64,000 nt of DNA from Caecitellus pseudoparvulus (lineage: Eukaryota > Protista > Bigyra: Bicosoecida). The notes under the pieces are model-generated. The model was given only the letters and a program-made list of their open reading frames with translations. It searched no databases and had not been told where the DNA came from. Every line of letters begins with the position of its first letter. Position 1 is the first letter of the stretch. The DNA is taken from contig CBFFRQ010000054.1 in assembly GCA_965644315.1 (NCBI GenBank), positions 124,001 to 188,000 on the forward strand. The letters are read 5' to 3'. Below are positions 53,494-63,300 of the stretch, one piece after another. Both the position numbers and the translations under genes were made by a program.

Positions 53494-56400
53494 TCATGCG
53501 GAATCCATGACTTGCGCCCCGTCCCATCCCAGCAAGATGGGCTTAGTCGGGAACTGTCCGAGTTCCGATCGCCAGAAAGGCACCAAGACGGAGTCTGGGC
53601 CTTGGCTCTTGCCGTGATAGTGCTCTCCTGGGTCACGATAATTTGCTGCCCAGCCCAAATTGCCACCAAGCGACCCGTACAGCGTGAACAAATTCTTGTT
53701 CTGAGCGAACTTGGCGAACCACATGGTCCACATACTATCGGTGGTGCCTTGCCGCTTGAAAGCACGCCACCAGTCGGTAAGCACCAGCCCTGGCAGGGAC
53801 GGGTCTTGACCTGCTTCCGCGGCCCTGCGTTGCCACTTCACAAAGTCACGCCAGGTGTTGCGGAACACACCGAAGCCCCAGGAGCCTGGCAGGCGGTAGC
53901 CAACAACAGTTGCACCGAAAGGAATGTTCTCCGCAATATTTCCACCATCACTGGCGCGTAGCTGTGGCCTCTGCAGGGTAAAAGAGCGAATACTCTTGCT
54001 GCTCTCGTACGCGACCGCTGCACCCTGGATCCACCGGGCCCAGTGGCGTGATACCACCATGTCATCCTCCAAGACCATGCCAATAGTGGCAACTGAGTCA
54101 TCCATGAGCTGCCCTCCCTGGTGCTGCAGCGAAGACCCCTCCCAGCAAGTCAGCCACTGCTTGGCCAGGCCCTGGTGCTTGCGCTGAACACCCACTTCAA
54201 ATATGCCATGCGGCCAAACGAATCCTTCCAAGGCTGACAGAATGGTAGAGTTGGCATGCCCCCCAGGCAAGCGGTCCACGCAGATCCGCAGGTGATGGGG
54301 GGGGAGGCCAGAGTAGTTTGCGTTCTTGAGGCTCTGGAGCAGGCGCTGCAACCCTGGAAGACGTTTGTGAGTGAGCACCATGACCTGCACCGAGTGCCCA
54401 GGGAAGGACTCATCAGATACGGTCAATGGCTTGGTTCCATTGATTCTGGAAAGTGTGTCTTGGTGAAGGTGCAAAGGGGCTGAGGTAGGCGTGGCGCTGC
54501 TCGCATGTGAGCGGCGGGAGGCAGTCTCTTGCCTGGATGCCATGGACCACGGCAGGGTGTCGGGCGCTTTGAGCAGCTGGCATGCTCGAGTGGCACCTCC
54601 TGCCTCCAGCCGCCACTCTGCAAGCCGCATGGAGCCCATGAAAACGAAACCCACCCTTGTCTTCACCTGGCGCTCGTTGAAGTCATCGTGTGGTAGGTCA
54701 GCTCTTCTGCCGTTGAAGTGCCCGTCTGACCCACTGAGGTGCAGGGGCCAGACACAACGACTGATCTCGACGCGGGGCACAAGGTCGCGGTACGAGTGGT
54801 CGGACAGCCATGTATCGTACATGGACCGGCCTGGCGCGAAGTCAGGTATGGCAGACCAGTTCCAGGTGCCTCGTGTGATGAAGAAGAAGTCCAAGGCGCC
54901 CGGGATGAAGGGCTTTGCCGCTGCACGCATGCTGTGGTGGATGCGACTGACACCCAAGGCACTGGCACCCTCAGGCACTGACCAAGCATGCCCATCCTCG
55001 AACGGTAGCGGCATTTGCACGTTGAACCGACGCCCAGTCACCAACACTCGCCGGCCCAACGTTCCGTTGGCGACACCCCGCAACACGACATCCACTGCAT
55101 CGACGAGGTCAGGCCCGAAAAGTATGTCGGCATTCATGAAGCCGTACATCGGTGACTGGCTGTGCTGCCGCACCCACGCGTACATGTCGCGCAAGAGCGG
55201 CACACCGAAGGGTGCAGTGCGGAAACCCTCCATCACAGCTGCAGCGCCCAGGTCCGTCACCTCCCGCGCAATGTCGGGGTCACGTGTGAACACCACCAAT
55301 GCGACATGTGGGCGCAGTGTAGCTAGTGCCCGAATGACACTGGACTGGATGGTGGCTTTCTGCTCTGCCTGGGGCGTTGCCTGCCCGCGCCGTGGAACGA
55401 GCGTCGTGAACACAGTGAGTAGTGTGGCGGAGCCCTCTCCAGTGACACAGTTGGAGTGTACAGGCAACAGGTCCTGTAGTTGGGCATGGTCTTGCAGTTT
55501 GTGTGGACGCTGGCAGGGAGCGTGGCCAGCGCGCACGTGTTTGGGCTTCGGGGCTGACACAGGGTTGCCTGTGCCTCGCTGCTGTGAGCCCAGCTGGTAC
55601 ACGAGAGGTACCTCACCACCGCAGGATGCGACGCGGGACCAGGTTGCCCACTGAGTGGTGTGCTGGGCACTGTCATGTGCGGCGTGCCAGGCCCACCATG
55701 TGATCATGCAGGCGGGGGGCACGATGTGGGGGGGCACCAGTGCCGCGACAGGCACCCCCAGTGCATCCAGGAAACTTCCAAATGGTAGGTGTCGCGGTAG
55801 TGCCCCTATGACATCATTCGTTACAATGCAAAGCGAATGGTATGCATGGTGATCACCGTGGCATGCTGCCCAGCGAGTGCTGGGGGCGCGCGCAGCCTCT
55901 GCAGCCGCACCTGGTATGTAGATGGAGGTGGTGCTTGGCACGATGAGTGCATGGAATGGTGGCAGGGGGAGCACCGTGAGACCAACGTTCCTGCCCAGGT
56001 GGTGCATGTGCCCGCTTGGCGAGGGGGTGGAGAGACTATGTGCTGTGCGCGTAGAATTGCCCGTGGTGAGCTGCGTGGCTTGATCTTGTGTGCGTGTCTG
56101 GTGTGTCGGGGGGTGCGAGAGATGGCGCGGATCATCGGGTGTCAGTCGATGCACTGCTCTGTGCATCTGCACGTGCAGAGTAGGGGACGTGGGGGTTGTG
56201 AGGACGGTGGGCTGGACAGTGAAGGTGGTGGTGCTGAGGGTCTGGTTCGTGTCAGGTCTCTCGACGCGCACAGTGACACTTCCTGGTTGCAGCTCCGAGA
56301 TCCCTCCACTGAATGAACCGCGGATCGGGAAACAATTCGACGCATCCTCCTCCACACCTAGGGTAGTGCAGACCAGTAAAGACTCTGGAAGTGCCGAGCT

Positions 56401-56724
56401 TGCGCAGCGGCGGTGCATGGTGGCATTCCTGCGCTCCCACATGACTTCAATGCCGGCGATGTCAAAGGACTCATAGACTGCACGGGGTCTAGGCAGCACA
56501 ATGCTGACCTCAGGCAAACAGATTGGCTGTGGCGTTGCAGTTTGTGAGGTAAGTCTTCCGTGGATACGCGCCAGGCTGACATGGACAGCTGTGCACAGCA
56601 CACACCAGCTGGCAAGCAATACCGCCACAGCAGAGTGCGTGAAACCCTTGTGCCAGGACCCTGGCGGCTTCAAGCCGCGCATTTCTCTGCTTGCTTTGGT
56701 CCTCCTTGAGGTGCTGCTCGTCAT
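53494..56724 (-). CDS. Modular glycosyltransferase, paralog 3, with an extra C-terminal GT-A domain
   Basis: Anchor AVAVLLASWCVLC, Ig-like module, eroded GT31-like region, GFMNADILFGP domain homologous to paralogs 1 and 2, then VMVLTHKRLPGLQRLLQSL..ANY..W.HG..GLAKQW..W..VLEDDMVVS. Confidence 0.75.
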   Translation of the reverse strand: MTSSTSRRTKASREMRGLKPPGSWHKGFTHSAVAVLLASWCVLCTAVHVSLARIHGRLTSQTATPQPICLPEVSIVLPRPRAVYESFDIAGIEVMWERRNATMHRRCASSALPESLLVCTTLGVEEDASNCFPIRGSFSGGISELQPGSVTVRVERPDTNQTLSTTTFTVQPTVLTTPTSPTLHVQMHRAVHRLTPDDPRHLSHPPTHQTRTQDQATQLTTGNSTRTAHSLSTPSPSGHMHHLGRNVGLTVLPLPPFHALIVPSTTSIYIPGAAAEAARAPSTRWAACHGDHHAYHSLCIVTNDVIGALPRHLPFGSFLDALGVPVAALVPPHIVPPACMITWWAWHAAHDSAQHTTQWATWSRVASCGGEVPLVYQLGSQQRGTGNPVSAPKPKHVRAGHAPCQRPHKLQDHAQLQDLLPVHSNCVTGEGSATLLTVFTTLVPRRGQATPQAEQKATIQSSVIRALATLRPHVALVVFTRDPDIAREVTDLGAAAVMEGFRTAPFGVPLLRDMYAWVRQHSQSPMYGFMNADILFGPDLVDAVDVVLRGVANGTLGRRVLVTGRRFNVQMPLPFEDGHAWSVPEGASALGVSRIHHSMRAAAKPFIPGALDFFFITRGTWNWSAIPDFAPGRSMYDTWLSDHSYRDLVPRVEISRCVWPLHLSGSDGHFNGRRADLPHDDFNERQVKTRVGFVFMGSMRLAEWRLEAGGATRACQLLKAPDTLPWSMASRQETASRRSHASSATPTSAPLHLHQDTLSRINGTKPLTVSDESFPGHSVQVMVLTHKRLPGLQRLLQSLKNANYSGLPPHHLRICVDRLPGGHANSTILSALEGFVWPHGIFEVGVQRKHQGLAKQWLTCWEGSSLQHQGGQLMDDSVATIGMVLEDDMVVSRHWARWIQGAAVAYESSKSIRSFTLQRPQLRASDGGNIAENIPFGATVVGYRLPGSWGFGVFRNTWRDFVKWQRRAAEAGQDPSLPGLVLTDWWRAFKRQGTTDSMWTMWFAKFAQNKNLFTLYGSLGGNLGWAANYRDPGEHYHGKSQGPDSVLVPFWRSELGQFPTKPILLGWDGAQVMDSA

Positions 56725-57305
56725 GCCATTTGGTGGCTAAATTGGTGCACCCGCTGAGGCTTTGCGCAGGAGAACTTCACCATGCAACGCAAGTCAGCCT
56801 GCGCTGCCTCCGGCGCGCTTTGAGACAGCTGGCCGCTATGTGGCAGGGGAAGGAGCATAACTTGCCCAGTTCGCACTCCGTGGGTGATTTAGAAAAGCGC
56901 TGATTTGAGGAAAGCCGCAAAATGCGCAACCTCTGACAAGTGCGTGGTGCAGCACTGGCTTCTTGATCCGAACCCCTCCTTCGCGAAGGTCAACCCACGC
57001 TGCAGCAGCACTCGCTACTTTACAGCCTGGCTGCAACGCCGGTGCATTGGTCTGTGCCTCATGAAAAGCAGCACCGCTATTTATGCAGTGTTCCTTTCGC
57101 TGCCCTTTTGCTTGTGTTTGGATCTGTGTCATCAAGGGTTGCGCTGGCAGCAAAAGGTTCGAGGCTGGCGCAGCAACAGAGGAACAAGTATCCAACTCAA
57201 GGCGTGGACACAGGCCCATAAACATACCTCATAATCAAGCAGAGTGGTGCATTTTGCTGACGGTAAGTGTGGGACACAGCTCGTGCGTGCTCCCTTGGGG
57301 AAGCA

Positions 57306-60300
57306 TCAAACATCTGTGTTGCAGAGCAAGGCGACGCCGCGCAGGACCCAGTGTTCCGGGCGCTGCAGTCCACTCGGGAGGGTGGCAACGAAAACAAGTC
57401 GTTCTGCCGTGCGAGTCTTGTACACGTAGCACGGACAGGCAAACTGCCCGCCAGATACGCCGCTCCGCCCTGCTCCGCCCTCTTTCCTGGCAGTGCCTGG
57501 AGGACATGCGGTGAGTTTGAGGACGGGCAGCGGGGACCACAGTGTGCCGTGGGGGGCTTCGGTGAGACTGCCTCCCCGCACACTCCAACAAGCGCCTTGC
57601 AGGGTGAGTCCGTGGACCAGGACACCTTCGCCAGGGACCATGCGGAAGGAGATGTGCTCTGGGTCCAGCACGCCTTGCACAGCGGTGACGAGCTCCAGCT
57701 TGTCCAGCGCCCAGTTCTCGCCGGTGCTTGCTGCCGCACGCTGGCTGGGCCGGCCGGCGCCTTTCCCAAACAAGGGCGACGCCCCGCCTTGTGTTCTGCA
57801 CACCTCCTGTTTCATGGCTGTGATGAAGGCGCGCGGGTTCAGCAGGCCGGTCAGCCAGAAACTCGTCGGACGCCCCCTGGCCAGGTACGCTGAGAGCTCG
57901 TGGGCCCGCTTGGTGAGGCCGTCACACCAGGTGGAGAGGGACGTCGCACGCCAGGAAATCTCATCCCCTGACGGTGCTGTGATCCACCACGCAGGCACGG
58001 CACCACGCTCCAGCTGCACGCCGGTGGCGGCCAGTGTGTCGGACATGGGGAACTCGCCCCGCACGGCAAGCTGCACTTGGTGGAGTTGCTGGGACACGGT
58101 GTCGATGACGATGTTCAGCTGTTGAACCTCTTGGAACATGACGAGGTTCAGGGGCACTGACAGGCCTCCTTGCAGGCTGAGTGCCGCCATGGCAGCGTCA
58201 ACATCGAAGCGTGGCGGCATGTCAGCCAGGACTGCGGCCGCACGGCTGGCGACGGCAGTGCCGTACCCGCCGCCACTGGAAGGGTCACTTTCGCCACTTC
58301 CCCCAGGCCCAGTGGGTGTGAGCGTCACAACTTGCTGGAGCAGGTCTTCCGCCTGGCCCACACGGTGCGTTCGGTCTGCGTTGGGGTGCAGTCCGTACAC
58401 CTCGGGTGTGCCCCATGCGGGCATGTGCAGCAGTGCATCTCGGTAAGTGTCGATTTCCGTGCCGACGGGGATGGTGAAGGTGTAGCCCTCTGGCAGGGGT
58501 GTCAGGGGCTCCGCAGGCAGGAACGTGAAGCCTGAGCTGAAGGTGCCGGGGCTCATCCAGCGACCGGACAGTGCCGAGAAGGTGCGAGCATCCCACTGGT
58601 CAGTGATGCGGCCCCCATACTGCACCTCGCCCAGCATGTGGCGCAGGGTGGGGAAGTCCACAGGCCCACCTGGGTGCCGTGCCACGCCGCCACGGCCACC
58701 GGCGCCCCGCCCCACCATGTGTCGTTCAAGGAACATGAGCATGGCTTGCAGGTCGCCTTCTGTGAAGTCGTAGGAAATGGACCACGCCAGCGGGCCGTAC
58801 TTGCGCCGCTCCATGCACGCGACGTGGAGGAAGCAGAGGCTGTACACGAGGCGTCGCCAGGCATCTGAGTCCACCGCTTCCAGCGTGCGCTGGTCGATGG
58901 TGGAGTGGAAGAGGCGCATGAGGCCGCTGCGCAGGCCACTGGGCGGCTCCACCGTCACCTTGCGTGCGCGCTGCAGGAGAGCGGTGGGGAAGTCTGGGTG
59001 TGGCAGCGCTGACAGCAGGAGGCGGAAGCCCTCGCCACTGTCGCCAGAGCCGCCCCCCGTGCCAGCTGCGAGTTTGTGCGCGTTGGCCACGATTTGCGGC
59101 AACTTGGAGAGGTACGCCACGGCCAAGTGGCAGTTCTGCAGGCACACCCAGTGGCCACCCGCCACGGCTTCGTTGATGGCGGCGGTGGCAGCAGGGCCCG
59201 TGCCTTCGCCCATGCCGACAGAGGTCAGGGTGAGTTTGCGCCGTTTGGCGATTTGCAGCAGGCTGGCGAAGGGGTCGTGCCCTGGCGCCACGATGAGCAG
59301 CAGCGGCACGTGGCTGGGCGTGGACTGCAGGAGGTCGGGTAAGTTGCCTTCCACGGCCATTTCCTCCAGGATGTCTGGGCCGAGCAGGGGAATGGTGAGG
59401 CTGGGCCGCAAGAGGGTCTCGTCGTCCCGCACCTCAGGAACACCCACAAAGGCGGCGATGTCAGCCACACGCCCCACGATGCTGCCGGCTGTGAAGGCAG
59501 CCTCCGCGCCACTCCCCAGCGTGCGCCGGCCTCCCCCGCCCAGGCCAGGCGGGGCTTGGCCCTTGGGCAGGTACTGCATGGGCGTGAAGAACTGCAGGCG
59601 GTTGAAGACTTGGTAGACGCAGGGCACGGTGCGGTCCACACGCAGGCAGCGCACGGCAAAGAGCCTCCACACCTCCCCCACGCTGCCCTCTGTGGTGATG
59701 AAGGCCTCTGCCGTGCCCATGTGCAGTGCCTCGGGGGCCGGGCTCTGCATCCACTCCTCCCACACCCCGGAGTGTCGCACGAGCATCTCCGGGAGAGAGG
59801 CCAGGGCGGGGATGGCCGCCGCCACGCCAAGCAGGTTGGCCCACTCCGTGTCAGAGAGGAAGTCAGTGGGGTTGGGGCGCGGCGTCAGTGTCGCCGCTCC
59901 ACGTCCCCCGGCCGTCACGTTCAGCCACTTGCGCAGGTCGGGTGCGAGGGAGCTGGCGGAGTTTGCTGCTGCTGCCAGCCCGGACGTGGGTGTCACAAGG
60001 AGGGCATACAGACTGCTGGGCGCTCGCAGCGCAGTGGTGAGGGCCCGGAACAAGAATGACAGCCGGTACGCCACCTTGTGTTCCACAAACAGGCCGCTGG
60101 AGACGTACGTCAGCACATCGTGGGTCAGGCGCTGCACGAGGTTCCCCACCCGCACTTCTGGGAAGGTGGCGGGGGTGGCGGTGCGCAGGGCGGTGCCGAA
60201 CAGCTCCAAGAACTGGTCCAGGGACGTCTGGTACATGTGCTGCACGGCTGCCATGTCGCGGGTGGCCACGAACAGCACGGCGCCCCGCGTTGCGACGGGG

Positions 60301-63300
60301 CGGTACACTTCCCGCTGGCGCTCGATGCGGGTGCGTGTGGCGGTGGCGGTGGCCAGCTTCACTGCGACATCGGATGACTTGCTCTTGATGTCTGCCAGCA
60401 CCCCCATGAGCTCGTCGTCCTCCAGCAAGTTCGCGTGTTCCGACTCTGCCAGCCGCGCCAGCAGCGCGTCGTCCAGCTGCGACATGGCCTTTGTGTTGTC
60501 TGTGAGGGAGGTGAGGACGCCTTGCAGCTGCTCCTCGAGCTCTGCCTCCTCCGCGCGAATGACACGCCCCAGCAACTGCTCCTCCAGGCCTCCCTGCGTG
60601 ACGGTAAAGTCCACCAACGTGCAGGATGCTTGCAAGTCGGGGCTGAAGGCAGGGTTGCCGCTGACTGTGGCCAGGAACAGGGCAAAGTCTGGGTGCACCT
60701 CCACAGGCACCTCGGAGCCGCCCAGCTTCACCTCCACGCGGGAGCCACGCGTGACGAAGGCGCGGTTCAGCAGCGGCTGCAGGAGGCCTGGCGCCTCGGA
60801 GCCAATGTCCTTCAGCAGCACCGTCCAGCCCTCACGCAGGGCCATTTCCATGCACTCACGCAGGCGGGGCGTGCGGGGAGTGTGCACCTTGACACCCTCG
60901 GCGCCGAGCGGCACGAAGTACTTGCTCGTGCCCGCCCCCTCCACAGCCGCTGCGACGAGGGAGGATGCCTCCCGCTCCCGCAGCTCGGCGACGTGAGCAG
61001 CGATGCGCCGTGACGTGGCCTCGCGCTGTGCCGCTGTCGTGCGGCGCACCCACTCCACGGCCTGGCCTTGCGGGTCAATGAGCAGCGGGTACCGCTTGCC
61101 GTGATGGGGCCCCGTCATGACCAGCAAGGCGTTCTGCATGGACAGGTCGTCGGAAGGCAGGCCCTTGAGCTTCCAGTCCCCCATGGTGCCCAGGTCGGAC
61201 AGCACGCTGCCCAGCATGTCAGTCAGGCGTGGCAAGGTGGCCCCGCCCACCGTCGCGTCGCCTGAGCCTGACACCAGCGTCACGGGCAGGAAGCGCGTGA
61301 CGGACCCCGGCACCACTGTCGCCTGCAGGAACCGCGTGCGGTGCTCGGCATCCAGCGGCCCTGCGTACGTCAGGAAGGCGGCAATGAGGGTGCAGTCGCC
61401 TGGCAGGCGCCCCATGCGGGCCCGGAACGCGCGTTGGTCTTGCTGCCACCGCGCCCGTTCCCCGGCGAGGGAGGCCAGCAGGCTCTGCGCGCGCTCCATG
61501 GTTTTGCGGGTGGCCAGGGCGTCCTCTTCGATTTCGTGCTTCTCTTCCATCTGCACGTCGTAGCTGGCCTTCAAATCCGCCACCCTCGCTTCGCACACGG
61601 CCAGGCGATCTGTTGCCCGCTGCAGCTCAGCTTCCGCGTTGTGCAGCTGCACCGTGGCGACCTGCAGCGCCTCCAGCTTGGGTCGCACGATTTTGGCGGC
61701 GCCGTGGTACATGACCATCGCACGCACCCACAACAAGAGGCCCTCTGCAGCCACTGACGCGTTGCGAGCCACGTCTGGGGAGAACTCCGGCAGTTCCACG
61801 TAGGGCGTCAGCAGCTCGATGGTTTCGTCGTTGATGAGGTCGCGCTGGTCTGCAGAGAAGGACATGAGGCGTTTGATGAAGTTGACGTCGTTCAGCAGCA
61901 GCTTCTTGGCGTGGGGGAAGGAGTCCCTGAGGAAGTCCACCTGGCGCTTGGCAGAGCGGGTGGCTCCCAGCGCGTACGTTGTCGGTGCCACCCGCACAGC
62001 AGGTAGGTTCATGAGCAGCAGCACGCCGTCAAAGACGATGCGGATGATGGGCTGCGGTGACTGCATGGCCTTCAGCTCCACCAGGGCAGAGGAGGTGATC
62101 TTGTTCACCGCCTCCTCCGCTGCATCCAAGAAAGGCTTGGCGGCGGCCAGGTCCGCCTCCGCAACGTCACGCTCCTCCGCGATGCCTGCCGCGCGCTCCT
62201 CGCACTGCGCCTTGATGGAGGTGACGACTTCGTTCTCCCGCTCGGCGTCGGCCGCCTCCACCTGCAGCTCCTGCAGCACACCAGCACACTCCCGCTGCTT
62301 GGCAGCCACCACGGTCATCTTGCCCTCCAACTGCACCTGCATCACCTCAACGTCCTCGGCCCCCTTGGCCAGCTTGGCCAGGCCGCCCCGAACTCTGGCC
62401 TCTTGTTCCTGAATGTCAGCCATGCCCCGCTTGAACAGGGACCCGAATGCTGTGAGCAGCGCCAGGTAGGACTTCGGGGTGAACGTGACGAAACGCCCAG
62501 TGGCGTTCGAGTACGCCCTGGCCATGGCCACAGCGTCTGCGTGCACTTGTGCCAGGTGCTGCAGCAAGGCGGCCCCAGCAGCAGCTGCGAGGGGTGTCAG
62601 TTGGCCGTCTTGCACCCCCTGCCCCATGAGCGTTCCCCCCGCCCCGCTGCCAACTGACAGGTCCCGCTCGTCAAACGCCTGCGCAGCGACGTCTGGCCAG
62701 CCACCTGGAGGCGGACGTGCACCGGCGGCAGGTGTGCGTGACAGTTGCAGGGGTGGCGCCAGTGCCGGCAGGGCGGACACGCTGGCATGTGCCACTTCCA
62801 CCAGTGCCTCCGTGGGCCACGGCATGTGGAAGTCCACGACACAGCGGGAAAGGAGGGCGGGGAACGTCATGGACAGGGATGCAAAGGTGTCCAGCGGCCC
62901 TGTGGGCCCATCTCCCGCAGCCCCCGCCACCATGGGTGCGATGCCGTACACGACATGCAGGTTCCGCTTCACGCGGCTGGCAAAGAGGGAAGTCAGGGCC
63001 TGTGTCGAGTCGGCTGCTTGGGCCTCTGGTCCACCCGTGGCGCTGAGTTCTGTCAGGACCATGGTGAGCTCTTCCTTGTTGAAGAGGCCTGGCAGCATGC
63101 CTGCGCACATGATGGTGTGCACGTCCCCCATCCACGCCGCGTCGCCAAACGCCGCCTCTGTCAGGAACAGCACCACGCCACGCCCGCTGCCGCCTCCCGC
63201 CTGCCGGCACACCTTGCGCAAATCGTCCAGCCACTGTCCCCGGGTGTATGCCCGGGACGCAACGGGCTTGCGGAACTCCATGCCCAGCATGTAGGCTGCG

